From assembly GCA_051294905.1 (NCBI GenBank), contig CM119372.1, forward strand, positions 32,056,001 to 32,120,000: DNA of 64,000 bases, written 5' to 3'. Of the stretch, positions 48,103 to 62,270 are shown one piece after another; the first letter of the stretch is position 1, and the number at the start of each line of letters is the position of its first letter. The DNA comes from Botryllus schlosseri (lineage: Eukaryota). Under the pieces are notes generated by a model. The model did no database searches. It was not told the origin of the DNA and saw only the letters and a list, made by a program, of their open reading frames with translations. The position numbers and the translations under genes are program-made.

Positions 48103-48899
48103 TATGTTTAATATATGGATAACTGTTCAAGGATTAACAACAGACTGAAACTAGACGGATGTTTACTGTAAAGATGATTGAAGACTGTACTTGGTGGATA
48201 ATGGAAAGTATAGGAGACAGTATCCAAGCGCTATTTGAGCCAGCGGAAGTAAAAACGCTGTAAATGAGCGAGTTGAAATATCATTTATTTGCAAAGTTGC
48301 ATCAAAGCTTAGAATGCAAAACGAGGCCGTCGGCACCGGCACTCTCTAGTACCGGATTCAGGCTTTCACACCTATTCAAATCGGGGAAACCGTGTGAAAT
48401 ACATATATATACCAGATAGCCTACATGTGGACTATTTTCTGCGCCTTTTGGTGGTGGTACACCACAACCGAACCTACTCCTCCCCTGGAACATATCTTCA
48501 TAAGACTTGGCGGATTTGACTCGTTTTAACCAATTGGAATGGGCGTGAAAGCAAAATTGAACGCTGTTTACCTGATTTGCATCCTACTCTATGATGGAAA
48601 CAGGATATCTAGAACTATATACTTAATAGCTCTGGAAAATATATGGGTGCATACCGCCGAAATTTACGATTATCCTAATGGTACACGAGCTAGGAGCCTA
48701 TATGGACCACCAAGCTTCATATTTCGATTCGTCTGATGACGAGTTCCAATGATACTTTGCACAATGCAGATGATTTAATCTGTGTAGCCGACTTGCGAAT
48801 GTACAATATCGATTTTACAAGTGTGGGACACTTCGCTACTGCCAACTTATCCACTCATCCACTCGTCGGTCACTCACAAATTTGTTAGTCTCAGATCAA

Positions 48900-51640
48900 T
48901 ATCATTCGGACTACGAAAAGTCCATGCTGCGTTATAGTCGGGAGTGGGTCCATACCATAGGTGTATGAATACCCCTGCACCTTCCACGTTTTGTTACGTT
49001 AACAACACAACATACATCTTACCTAAGCACAACTGATGGCGATTTACTGATGCAGCCCGCACATAATACTTATCCCACCTCCTCGCCACAGAACCTCTCA
49101 CTGCGGTTAGATAGATAGATAATTATATTTGTGTGTAGCGATTTACGCTTTATACACAGTATGACTAGGATGATGTAAGCATTGGGCACATTCATAATAT
49201 GCGCCCGGTTTTCCTGACAAATTCGTAGATTTCGGCATCTAGCAATTGTTCGGATAAAATGTCCTTAATAGTGAACGGAATATGGATGCATGCGGCCTCT
49301 TCTATTAGTTTACGTCTGTAGTGCCCGTATTGGGGGCAGTGTAGCAAGAAATGGGACAACGTTTCTTGGCAGCCACAGCTGTCGCATAGTCCCGTAGTGT
49401 GTAGGTTGAGACGATGAAGGTGTCCATTTAACCGGCAATGACCGGTTCTTAGGCGGAAAAGGATTGTGTCAACTTCGCGTCTTTTTGACGGAGGATATAC
49501 GGACGAGGCTTCGAAGAGTGTCTTGTATTGCTGCGCAGAGTCCGAGGTGGCATAAATTTCTCTCCATTCTTCCATGTATGTTGTGGACAATGCGGACTTT
49601 GCTTCGGCCGGGGTCACCGGTATCACCGAGTCGATTGTTGTCCTCTCAGTCGCATGCCTAGCATGCTTGTCGGCACATTCGTTACCGGCTATTCCAACGT
49701 GGCTAGGAATCCACATGAATTTTATGGTAAGTCCCTGGCTAGCTAGCGTGTTGAGCATGTGGTTAATTTTCAGTGGTAGAAGGTCTTTATAGAGACTTGA
49801 CGAGGAGATGCAACGCAATGCTGATAAGGAATCGCTCATGATCAAGGATTTGTCTGGCCGAAACAAAGCTATCCAATAGAGGGCTCGAAGGATAGCATAT
49901 AACTCCGCTGACATAACTGACGATATGTCTGTTATGCGGAAATATTGAATTGCGTTTAAATCTGCTACATAGAAAGCCGATGCAGTCCCCGAACGGCTCT
50001 TGAAGCCGTCCGTAAAAATTTTGGTGTATTCAAGGTACGAGGTTGCTAAAGTTTCATTAACCCTAGATACAATCACCGCGGGGAGGGTCTGATCCCGGTT
50101 GACCTCGGTCATCTGCACATCTACAGCGATGGGCGATGCGAGCCATGGTGGTGTTGCGAGTACATTTGCGGTACCAATGTGAAAACTGTCGAAGAGTGGA
50201 TTGCATGTAAAGGAGTTGAATGAAAGGAAACTTGAGCGACTTGGGAAGACCTCCTGCCACGACCAGGTAATCGATTTCCGTCCCGGATGGGGATGCGGTG
50301 ACGAGAGAATGCTGCATTTGTGCGACTCGCATACCTTCTTCCGTCTCAGGGATAAGGGAAGTTCATTGCAGCAATGTTGCAGAGCAATTATAGGGGTGCT
50401 GCAGAGAGCGCCACAGCTGATTCGCAGGGCAGAATGTTGCAATACCTCCAACCTTTTCATTTGTGCGTTGGTAGCCCCGAGTGCATAAGTTTCGATGCCG
50501 TATTCAATAATACTCCGTATCTGGCAACGATAGATTTTCAGCAAGGTCTGCTTGTTTGCTCCCCAGGTTTTACACGCTATCAATCTGAGGAGACTCAGTC
50601 GGTTGGCGCACTTTTTGAGAATTTGGTCAATGTGGGTTTTATACGAGAGTTTGGAATCAAACATTATACCAAGGTACTTGACAGTCTTCTTGACAGGAAT
50701 TTTAGTGTCTTTTATTTTCTGGTTTATGTTCGGAATGATCCTCCTATGTGTAAACCAAACCACTGTGGACTTGGAAGGAGACACCCGGAAACCCCACTTA
50801 TCACACCAGCGCGTTATCTTCTCCAGCGACAGCGCTAGTCGTGATACGGCGTCAGAGATTTGGTACGAGGCTTCGTGAATAGTGCAGTCAGCATCAGCAA
50901 AAATCTCAACTTCGGATAGTAAATGATTTGGGAAATCATTCATCATGATTGAAAACAGCACAGGAGATATCACACTACCTTGTGGTATCCCATTCTGGGG
51001 TGTCCTGATCGAGGAAAATGCGCTGCCAATTCGTACTTGGAATGACCGATCCGTTAGAAAAGATTTGATCCATCTGTACATGCTTCCCGAGATTCCAATG
51101 GTACGAAGTTTGTGAAGAAGGCCTTCTTTCCATACCATGTCATAGGCTTTATTCATGTCTAAAAATACTGCTACTACCGAATACTGGTTCGCTAGTGCTT
51201 TGTCGATTGAATCGTGGAGCGACAGTAAATTGTCTCGGGTAGACCGGCGTGGTCGGAAACCGTTCTGATGTTCGTATAGAGGATTTGGTGTTTTGCGAGG
51301 AACCATTGAAGCCGAGTCACCACCATCGATTCCATTATTTTGCATAGACTATTCGTGAGTGCTATGGGGCGATATGACGATGGGGTGTCTTGTGGCTTAC
51401 CGCCCTTCAATACGGGGATTATTGTCGCATGTCGCCAGGATTTTGGGACCAACCCGCATTGCCATGATTGGTTTAGTATTTGCAGGATTATTCTAAAGTT
51501 GTTTTGGAGGAAGTCGGTTTATCATTTCGTAGCAGAGGTCATCGGGACCAGGCGAGGACGACTTTCTGCTATTCATGGCTCGCATCAGTTCTTCCTTCGT
51601 GAATGGGGCATCCATAGGAGCCCCAGATAATTCGTTAGAG
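48900..51640 (-). mobile_element. 5'-truncated I-group (I/Nimb/Ingi-like) non-LTR retrotransposon, frameshifted
   Basis: Three overlapping frames give SPGPD, WRHATIIPVLK...SYRPIALT, QNGFR, FLDMNKAYD, GIPQGSVISP, YLG; RNase H IFTDG, AELYAI, SDSLSAL, WIPSHVGIAGNECAD; C-terminal CxxC...H...C. Boundaries approximate. Confidence 0.9.
49192..51300 (-). pseudogene. LINE ORF2 remnant (RT + RNase H + CCHC)
   Basis: 717-aa tracked ORF whose N-terminus is out of frame; catalytic motif reads FADAD instead of (Y/F)ADD. Confidence 0.85.
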
Positions 51641-53177
51641 GAGCATAAGTTCCATCTCACTGCGGTTACAACTATGTGCAGCATACAGTGAGACAGACTG
51701 GCTGGCTGTAAAACGGGTAATACACACTGCCGCGACGTAATTGGATGAACGTGTCTGCAACTGATTATAATTATTAAAGTGGCGAGCACACATGTCTTTC
51801 TGGCATAAGGGATCTGCAACACGAGTGTCAGATGTTAGGAATGGCGACGCTGCTCCTTGATTTTACGATTTCTGTGCGTGAAGCAGACTTGGACAACTAG
51901 AGAATTCTCAGCTTTTCTGAATTAGATTAGAATTAAAATTGGAGCTCCACAGTTTATTCCAAAGCTATACAGCTTTTTCCAAATTAGATTAGAATTAGAA
52001 TTAGAGCTACACATAGTTGTTCATGTGTATTGTAGCCTAATTGGAATAAAGGTTTGATGCTGATCATGGACCTTCGGAAGAAACTCAATATAAATTCGGG
52101 GCTCCACATCAAGACACTTTGCTTACCATTAGGCCTTAGCTTTATGGAATGGTAGAAGGGTCTTTTAAACCGAAGGAAGATGCTATTCAACCCCGAATTG
52201 GAAGAAATGTAAAGTGGGGTCGCGGGATGGTTCTCAATATAATTCATAACTTGAGCGATACGAAATCTCTCCTGAACACGAAATACACCGCATACGACAT
52301 ATGATTTTCAACCACTTTTCAAACGATTTTCTCAGTCGTAATACAATACTATCTAAGTTATTATATATAATCGGAAGTGCAATAAAAAGTGAATGACGCC
52401 AATCGAGGCAAACCCGACTACCCTCGACAGAAGCAGAAATAGGCTTCTGGGCCGTTACACATGACAACAGATCAGGTATATAGACCCATTCTTATAGTGG
52501 AGTTCACAGATATTACGCTATATCTGGTAATCTCGGCTACACAGACCTGGATTAGGTGATGGGCATTTCGATACTTATTGGATAATAAATCGATGAAACG
52601 AAACTGAAAGCCAGAGTCACGTTCGAAATTATTTGTATCCTCGATTTTTCTTAGGATCGGCCAACTTTAAAAGTTTTAATTACGAATATCTGTGCAATTT
52701 TGAAATCGATAAATGTGCGTAGTGCGGGTTTGCATAAGCGAAATGTCGATGTGCGAATGAATTGTTACGATTACTGAGCTTCTCGAAAATAATAATAATT
52801 AGGTAAATATGTTGTAGTTGTTCAGGAAACATACATTTATGGAATAAGAGCAGTGGTCGGATTCATATTTTTGTGAAAAGAATGTATCACATATGACATA
52901 TTTGTCAGATAGAACATTAAACATTATGATTGTAGATTCCAGGACCTTCAAATGAAAAAAGAACTGCCGTGCGCAACAACGGGAAAGTTACGCTCACTGT
53001 AATGTAAGCCTATATCGCATTCAGGATTGGATATGTCTGTGATCAATACTATTTTAGCACATATTCCTCTGCAACCTATCCCAGGACATGTTCCTTTTAA
53101 AGGTAAAACCATATACTTATATCCCGAACAGCAATGTGAACTCGGTCATACTGTCGAAAATCTAAACCCCATTATAA

Positions 53178-53700
53178 CACTGGTAAACACAATTTTTGTT
53201 GACTTTGATCAGACAATTGATTTCGACTAACTTTCAGGCGCTGAATTCAAAAATGATTTCCGTTTTCTTGTATCATGTCACGTTTTAGGGGTAGGCACCC
53301 TCCCCATTGTCTTATAACCCACATGAAAGTACTACTTTTAGTATTTTGTTTTTACTGTATTAAACGTTCCAAAAACCACAAGCAGTCGAAAGTAAATCAA
53401 TAGACGCCCAATAAACATTTGCACTGCTTTATTTGGTTGATTTAAACTGATACTGATTCTGCAGGACAAATAAAGTGTGAGTTTCCGGGTCCAAATTTAC
53501 GCTTATAATTCTGCGGGTTGTCTCGATTGATATTCGAGCAACAGTCAGATAACATATGTGAGATCTAATCTACTCTGGTATCTTACCCCCATTATTTTCA
53601 GATATTGGGAGATGATTTCTCTCTGTTCATCGCTGACTATGCCAAAGTTTTCCGGGAAATTATTTAGATAATTTCGCTTTTCTGCTGTTCGACATAAACT
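53178..53700 (-). mobile_element. Chapaev3-like remnant (one terminus plus transposase C-terminus)
   Basis: TAA-CACTGGT terminus; minus-strand NNFPENFGIVSDEQRE...RYQSR. Confidence 0.6.
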
Positions 53701-53813
53701 GTGGCAGTCCCAATCGTGCTTGTGATATTGCAACAATTCAATGTTTCTGTATTATTCTCATTGTTTCTGTATTACTCACGAAGATGAGTGTGCAATTGTT
53801 ACTCCGTCTAAGA

Positions 53814-55216
53814 CAGTGGTTCTTAACCTTTTTTCTTCCAGCGCCCTCTTTCAAAAATTATCGTGCTCCAGCGCCCCCCCCCCTCAGCTTCATATTGTAA
53901 GGAATGTAATAAAGACAATGAGTAAGAGGGAGGGCCGTAACAGCACTTCGTCAACCCCCCTAAAAACGATTGCCTTGCGCACCCATAGCGTGATAAACTG
54001 AACTTCTGAGGGCTTCGCCCCCACGAACCCCATATCGTGATTTTGATGGTCAGCAAAGTTTGTGTGGCCTGGTCGCCCTAGGAACCAAAATTTTTCTATA
54101 ATTCGCGAATGAATAGGTGGTAATTACATAAATAAGTCCCTATAAACTTTTCATCCTCTCAGCCCACGTAATCAGATTTACCAGTAGCACTGAGTGAGCT
54201 GTTGTATAGGCAAATAAAGGGCAGGTAATTAATAATTAAACATATTCGGGCGTGCCCGCAGGTACAATTATTCGTTACCAGGGCCGTAACAGCACTTCAT
54301 CAGCCCCCCCCCCCAAAACAAAAAACGTTGGTCCTGGGCCCCCATCGGGTGATAAACCAAACTTCCGGGGGGACTTCACTCCCAGACCCCCATTAGGCTG
54401 TCCGCTATTTGCTATTAGGTATCTACATTGGGTGTCCATTTGCTGAGGCAGCTATTCTCGCCTAGTCGCGCGAAGTGCGAAAAATTTCACTAAATAATGA
54501 TTGAATTGGTCAATATTATCGGGAATTGCATGTAAATTGAGATCAATTTCTATCCTCTCTCTGCTCACGTAAACACATTTACCGGTAGAGCTGAGTGAGA
54601 TGCAATGTTCCCTCTAAGCTGCGCACGTGCGCAGTGCTGACACGGTCTCTGCGCACAGAAAATCTACGTTGCGCACAACAAATCCGGAGTTATTACCTTT
54701 TTTTAGTCGTTACGCACTGTTGTCCAAGGGTCAGCGCAGTGAGTTGCTGAGTGTGCGCAGACTCATCAAAACTTAAAGCGAACATTGTGAGGTTTCTTGG
54801 AAACTGTAGGGCCCGTTACTAATAATTAAAAATATTCGGGCGGGCGAACCCGTTGGTATGACTTAGTTGCCTGATGTTATTTCATGACCCCTGTCTGCAA
54901 TATCAAAAAATATAGAATCGCTAAACGGGGATATCGCCCAACAGGTGTCAGTCATTTAGGCGCCAATGGACAATTAAACCTATATGGATTTTGAAGGCTA
55001 TATGTAACGAAGTTTGCGGTGTTAATTTGCTCTGAATACTCATTAAGGATATGTCCTATCACCACATCATCTACTGTGAAGCCGTTTTTCTCCAGCGCCC
55101 CCCATACCGCCCCCCTGAGCCCAGCGCCCCCCATATCGCCCCCTGAGCGTTTCCGCCCCCCTTCAAAATCGCCAGCGCCCCCTGGGGGGCGATGGGGGCA
55201 AGGTTAAGAACCACTG
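53814..55216. mobile_element. Non-autonomous hAT element with nested repeats
   Basis: TIR CAGTGGTTCTTAACCT; perfect TSD GTCTAAGA; internal small TIR element at about 54603-54788. Confidence 0.85.
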
Positions 55217-55599
55217 GTCTAAGACGTTGCCATTTTGGAGAATCTCACACTTTAGGATCATTTTTGAGCTACCAATAGACATTTGCCATTCACTTGAGTT
55301 GTAAATCGGGATTCCTATCACGACAATAAACAAATCTACCAAATGTATAGCTCTACGATGAAAACGCCGTTTCGCATGATCGAAAGAGGGATATCTTCGC
55401 TCTCTTGTCAAGTAATCTTTTCTTAATTCGCAAGGATGCTAAAAGTTCCGAATATTTATCTTCTAAGTCCCAAAGCCTATGTCAGATCATTCAACTCGTA
55501 TTGACGGACATACGGTCTGAATCATCTTCAATTTCAAAATCTTCATCATTAGACCTGTCATCCCTATAAGATCTTCATCCTGATGCAGATTATCTAGCC

Positions 55600-56428
55600 C
55601 AGTGGTCGGGAACCTTTTCTGTCCGAAGAGCCATATTGGCCCTATTTTATCCATCTCAACTCCCAAAGAGCCATACATGCCAATCAACTGTTACGTCACA
55701 ATTGAAAATTCGTATTAACGTATTATAAAAACTGGTATTTATTGTTCGAAAATAAAGCTCGAAACGAGAGGTAAGGCAAAGACGGGCCAAGTCTCACCAT
55801 TGATAACGGAATTAATCGAAAGTTGCTTAGAATTGATTAGGACTGATATTAATCGAATGGGACTGTCACACTGATTCCGAAAATCTAAATACTTATCGAC
55901 TTCTCAGTTCTCAAAGTATTCGGCGGTAACATAACGTTGCGCTACGCGCCTACATTTTATTACCGGTACTACACGGAGCTATACTTACCAATCAAGAACG
56001 TGGATAGCTATGACGTTGTTTATAATTCGAGTTTGTAATACTCACATCCACCACAGTTCATTTCGCGCCGAAGATCAGGAAGACAATGCGTATTTTAAAA
56101 CTGCGTTTTGAAATGGACGTCGCCATGTCTGCTATGCTCTTTGATCAATCAACGTATCGCACAATTCAAGGTTTCGAGCCGGGTACATAGAATTTGCGAG
56201 TGATGTTGGCCGCCGGCTTGCAACAGAAATTTGATGATTTTGAAAAGAGGGGGTCCGAGCCTATAAACCTGAAGACGACATTGCCTTTACCTCTCAAATA
56301 CATGTTTATACTGCCACGAGAATAATTATTCTGGCCGTGATGAAAATTTACCAACAAGTCGCTGAAATATTGATTAATTTAGTACAATAATAAATATTTG
56401 GCAAAGAGCCATAGGTTCCCGACCACTG
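55600..56428. mobile_element. hAT-type MITE
   Basis: 16-bp TIR CAGTGGTCGGGAACCT; AAGAGCCATA subterminal motifs; TSD not evident. Confidence 0.7.
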
Positions 56429-56833
56429 ACTTATAGGCTATGGTCCAGTGGCGGCTCGTGACAATATCGGGTGGTGGGGCAAGGGGTGCATGCGATGTTA
56501 ATAATCAAAATGACGTCACAATAGTGTATTCTGACGTAGAAATGTGACTTCGTGGTCGTCACAAACAGTTTGTATGGTGTATAGATATTAGGCATTGTTA
56601 ACTAGGCTTACGCATTTCAAATTTTAATAATATATTCATGACAGAAATATATTAAAACCCGAAGCTTTTCGAGCTGACACTCTTCAAATTATTCGGAAGA
56701 AAATATGAAGTACAGTAGTTCATGCCTGCATATTTTAACGTTTGTATCAGTAGGCGTATTGCGCGCGGCGTGATTTCATAGTTGCAAAATGTTCAAAGAC
56801 GAATTCATTGAAATCTGGAATACTCATAATGAC

Positions 56834-59272
56834 CAGGGCCGTAACAGCACTTCGTCAGGCCCCCCCCAAAACTTTGGTCTTGGGCCCCCCATAGGGTTAC
56901 AGACCGAACTTCTGGGGGGTTTCGCCCCCCAGACCCCCCCTCCGGCGATACACTATTTACCGCTATTCATCACAATAATCGGGAGTTTGATTCTTGAATG
57001 AGCTATTGTCGTCTAAGCGCGCGAAGCGCGCAAAATTTCTAGAATTCATGATTGAATCGGTCAGTATGATCGGGAATTGCATATATTGTTATCAATTTTT
57101 ATCTTCTCTCTGCTCACGTAATCAGATTTGCCGGTAGAGCTGAGTGAGGTGTGTTTGAAAAGGTAAGACCACTCAATAATCTTCAGGCGTATACCCGTTG
57201 ACAGGAACGAAACAGCACCTCGTCAGGACCCCCAAAAACGTGCGTCTTGGGCTCCCATAGGGTGATAAAACGACCCCATGACGTTGTTCGCGTTTGTCAC
57301 GAAATCATCCGTACTGAATTGTGAGCCAGCGCCAAGCGCGAAAATTTTCGATAATTTATGATAAAATCGGTCAATCAGATTGGCGATTGCATATATATTA
57401 TGCTATCAATTTATTGTCCTCTATACTCACGTAATTAGATTTACCGGTAGAGCTGGGTGAAGTGTCTTGAAAACGGGAGGGCCCGTAAATAATAATTAAA
57501 CATCTTCGGGTGGGCAGACCCGTTGATATAACTTCGTTTCATGATGTTATTTCGTGACTTCCAGTCTGCTACATCAAAAATATATAGAATCGCCCAAACG
57601 TAGGCTTCTAAACTAAGACACGCACACGATTTCAAATTGGTATTTCTTCACTAGCATAAATTTTTTCCCAGCGGGATGATATTTGTCTTGTGAGGTTCAG
57701 ATTGCAAAGACAGGAACATTCGGTGCCAGGCATTTAGGCGCCTATGGACAATTAAACCTATATGTATTTTGTATATATAACGAAGTCTTCGGTCAGCATA
57801 AGGGCATAGACCAGGGGTCGCCAACTCAAAACGGGTCGCGGGCCACTTTTTCAAAATTCGTCGAGGCCGCGGACCGCATGACTTCTTTATCGAGATAAAA
57901 ATAGGCAACGCTGTTTAATATCCATGTTTTGATAACTCTACGTCACTACAACACCAATATGGGCAACGGACAAATCGTGATTAGTCATGTTATGAATAAG
58001 CACCGGGGTTCGTATTCCAGTCGCGCAAGGCGCGAATTTTTTTTCATTTTCTCGAGTGAATTTTGTCATTAATATTAGTAAATTTCCACACATTACCATC
58101 AATATTTATCGTTTCTCAATCCATGTGATCAAATTCATCGGTAGAGTTGATGCAGAGGGTGTACACGAAAATTTAGGGAAGTTATTAATGCTGTGCTGCA
58201 TCTTTGGGTAGGTAAATTGTTATTAGTCCCTTTTGTTGCATGTTGTTATTTCTCGACATCTCAGCATTTTCGGTATAGTGGGAATATATTGGATTCGCCC
58301 AAACATAGGCCTGCCAGAAACAAATTTTCTTCGTGGTGAGGAGAACACGATTACAAAATGGTATTTATTTATCGAGCGCATCATTTTCCTCTGCAGTTTA
58401 CATCTGTACTGTGGGGATCAGATTACAAAGAACACTACTATACAAATATCGAAAATCAACTCGCACTGAACCGCGCGTAGAGCGAAGAAAATTTCAAGAA
58501 TAATGCAAGCCTCTTAATAATTAGGGAGTCAATTCGTAAATTCAATTTGCGTATTGACGGCCACCAACACATTCTATTCAAAATAAGTGTCGACGGCCGC
58601 ATCATTTTTGTTCTACTGCTGTAAACTCGCCACCGCTGAACTAAAGTGGTTAGCTAGACACTGTACTTTTGGGGAGCCCGACGTCGTTTTCTAAGCGTCC
58701 CGGTCTGGGCAGTGGTGGGCCATTGCACCTCAAGGCAATATGCCCATTCATATCATCAAATTTTTCCTCTGTGGAATGATATTACAATCGCCGAAGCCGT
58801 AACAGCTAGTGAGGAATAGTGACATTGGGTACAGGAGAATTGCTTTTACTTTGAACAACAACAACAATATGTCTGTACTAAAATCAATTTCAGCATTTCA
58901 AAATGCTTTACTAAGCGTTCTTCCTAAATTTCAAATCAGGTCGCGGGCCGCAAAATAAGACTTCACGGGCCGCGTGTTGCTGCCCCCTGGCTTAAACCTT
59001 TTCGCCCAAGTTTTTCTCGCTGCCGATCGTTCTGGCACACTTCTTGGAGTCGCATGTTATATGGCCTAAAACCTGATTGTATGTCTTGGTGGGTCGTGGC
59101 GCGGTAACGGCTACTTTAATTCGCGCGTAGCGCGAAAAATTTTTCAAACAAATTGCATAAATTTTCAAAAAATACTCTATGATTTATGCTAATTCACTAA
59201 ATAATTTTGGGCCCCCTTCGAGCTCGGGCCCCCCCCAATTGGGGGGTTTGGGGTGCGGCAGTTACGGTGCTG
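56834..59272. mobile_element. CAGGGCCGTAAC-family hAT element
   Basis: Perfect TSD ATAATGAC (56826-56833, 59273-59280). Confidence 0.85.
57812..58989. mobile_element. Charlie-like hAT MITE (third nesting level)
   Basis: CAGGGG...CCCCTG termini, GCGGGCCG motifs; imperfect TSD GCATAGAC / GCTTAAAC. Confidence 0.65.
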
Positions 59273-60519
59273 ATAATGACAGCGCTGAGAATCCTGAGCA
59301 CATCTATTATAACTCATCCAGCCTATATCTTTACACATCCCGATTCTAAGAGAGGTCTCGATGCGTTTTAATGTGCTGAAACCACGCTTGGATTCTGCGG
59401 ATGAAATCGGGTGGTCAATATGATATTAAAAAAGCTAGTTGCTGCAGCAAAGTTGATAGAAGCGATTTTTCAACTATTATAATTTTGAAAGTTCACCACT
59501 GCATGGTTACTACTTCGAAACAAAGATGCATTGTAATATAAGCCAGTCAACTCTAACCGAGTAATGTCGACGATCGGGTAATATCGAGACACCGTTTGCA
59601 GTAGAGACCACATTCTCCAGATCACGATTGCCAATTTTGTTCCAACTAGATAGACCGCCTCTGGCACCAGCAGTGTAAAAGTGTATAACAAGGCGTCCTT
59701 ATCCTCGCTTGTACCTCAGCTATTCATTGTTATCGAAATATGTTGGGAAAAGGGTAAGAGTGCGCTTTCCTCACACGTACGATTAGATCAATGGACAATT
59801 TCTACGCTGATAAGGACCAAGTCTCTTGACCTCTAATCACTGCTTTAAAGGAAACTGCATAAACGGCGTACGGAGCAGAAATTCAACACGATTCATGTTC
59901 GCAATTGACCTGGCTAACAATCTGCAGACATAAGACTCGAGATAACCGGAAAGGTCAACGAGTTCAGACACAAACGCCATTGTTATCTCATAGATTTGGC
60001 CTGTCATATTGAATCCAACCAACACATCATTTCAAATTTGAAGAAGACGAAAGCAGCCTCGGAATTTGGGTCTCGGAACAACATAGGAGATTTTGGCCTT
60101 GAAACTGGAGACTGTGACATAACACAAATGGCTTACTGTCTAGAAGTCTGCTGCTAAATCGGCATTGGAAAATATATTACCGAATAAATACGTGAATGAA
60201 AGCTGCAAACTTAGTACACTGTTACATGACATCATCGACAAGTAGCCTCAAGACCCTTTTCGATATGGTACTGTCAAAATTAATACGAACAGCCTGTTCG
60301 GAACACACCAACACAGAATTTTGCGTAAAATTTACTGAGGAATAGGCTGATCAAGTGATCAGCTGTTAGCCGTCATCGAAAACGAAATAGCTTTCGCGCT
60401 TGACAGGGGGCTGTAAGCAAATGGCTTGAAGGCCACAATTTTACGGTGAAATGGACATTGGAGAATATAAAGTAAAAGTAAATATTTGAATGCAAAACGA
60501 GAATGTTAGTTAACTGTTT

Positions 60520-61200
60520 CATGATATCATCGTCTCATCACCTATCTCAGTATGGAACACAGTTAACGTTAGCACAGACACACCGGCTTTTTCGTGAAAT
60601 CCGCAATGCGTCAGGTAGGCTATAGTGTCAGATCGGCGCACATCTTCATACAATACTCGACCTTGATAACGAAATTACTGCCCTAATCACTGAGTGTCAA
60701 CCTTGAGACTTGACACAGCGTTCGATACTAAAATCAAGACACATCGTGCAAAAGCTCATGACAGATCTAGGTAAGGAGCATCGTTAAAATCAATATGAGA
60801 CCACTACCGGCTTTGCGTAAAATCTGTTAGCGATAAATGACGAGTCTGCTCTCACTCGACTTAGGAAACGAAATTACCACTAACATAGTTCAGTGACAAA
60901 CTTAAACTTGGTTCGGCGTTCGATACTAACATTAAGACTTACCGTGCCAAATTTCATGACCGATCTCGGTATGGAACATCGTCAAAATCAATGGATACCA
61001 ATACCGGCTTTTGAGTAAAATCTGTTTGCGATACATGACGGATCAGCACACACTCAATTTCGGAAACGGAATTACTACCCTAATCTTTAAATACCAACCC
61101 TGAAACTTGGGGCAGTGTTAAATACCACCATCACGACATAACACACCAAGTTTCAAGAGTTATCATGGTGTGAAACACCGTCAAAATGGACCTATACCAG
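60520..61200. repeat. Diverged ~200-bp tandem repeat inside the hAT element
   Basis: Recurring GGAACATCGT.AAAATCAAT...ACCGGCTTT...AACGAAATTAC...GCGTTCGATACTAA blocks at about 60553, 60775, 60973 and 61172. Confidence 0.7.
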
Positions 61201-62270
61201 CAAAGATCGACTCAACGCATATGACGGTAACCGAGTTCAGATATAGATATGATTGTTACATCACACCTTAAGGGCAACCATGCTATGTTGCCCCACCTGC
61301 TCAGCAATTTTATGAATAGGAGAGAGTAAATCACCGTTTCTTTATTGTTCGCGACTTTGAGAGAATAGACAGTGAAAGCTTGTTTTGAGCGCTACCGGGG
61401 CATGCCCCGGCTAGGCATTCGCAAAGCGAAAACACGGAAGAGAATTCGATTTTCGCAGAGACGTCGCTACATATGGGCATTTACAAGCGAAAGAACAAGA
61501 AGAATACGATTTTCGCTGTGATTTCGGTATATATTGATTGCTGTACGTCTATAAATGATAAATAAATTGTTATTGAGCCGAATTTTAGGTGGGGCAATGC
61601 CCCAGTTGCCCTATAGGACGAGCCGCCACTGCTATGGTCTTGCGTACTGGTGTGGTTGTGTGTCTTGTGTACTCAAACAAGCAAATAGCTGCTCGGTAAT
61701 GACAAAAGTTGAAAGGAAATACGACGATAGTTTTGGGTAATGGGGAATGAAGACTCGGAATAGATCTAAAGTGGGGAATGAAGACAAAAAGGTTGGGAAC
61801 CACTGCTTTAGACCGTTCGGCCACGCTACCACTTTTTTCTCCCGTGAATGTGTCCCCTGCATACCCATCGAATACTTGTTCATAAGAACAAAATTGGCTT
61901 TCAGGTTATTTCTAAATTCGCATTAATTGCGCCTTAACAGATTTGATGTCGATTGCGCATAAAATACTTTTGTTAGTGAATTCTCGTATAATCTATGCCG
62001 GTTACTTTTATCGCCAATTACATTTCAGTAACGCAGTAAGTGTGGCGTGAATACACTACTCAAATTTGCCTCGCGTTTATTCGCACCCGTGAATAAATCA
62101 TTTTTGATTATCGTAGTTCCGCTTCGAACGTATTTGATGAACAGCGATACGCATATATGCTACGTCCATCCTTCCCTTTGCGTACATCCGAAAGAGCTAT
62201 GGAAACCGCTTTCGCGTCTCAAATCATAACGTATTGCGACGAGCTGCTGCTTAGCTTATAGTACGGAACA

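Larger units (their letters stand above)
56446..61631 (-). mobile_element. Decayed hAT (Tip100/Zaphod-like) element, 5.2 kb with nested elements
   Basis: TIR CAGTGGCGGCTCGT; perfect TSD CTATGGTC; minus-strand hAT dimerization-domain remnant PISSAESKRGFSTLKRIETSLR at about 59345-59415. Confidence 0.85.

Noticed and set aside
48733..48760. CTGATGA as another hammerhead core (likewise several CTGANGA hits on both strands)
   Set aside because: No stem II followed by GAAA and NUH with a closing stem I.
51900..52470. Minus-strand ORFs 51984-52247 and 52234-52467
   Set aside because: At most a faint WSP-type resemblance to an old CR1/L2 fragment; no convincing gene.
61392..61414. Hairpin CCGGGGCATGCCCCGG
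   Set aside because: Isolated palindrome in a hAT subterminal region with no further structure.
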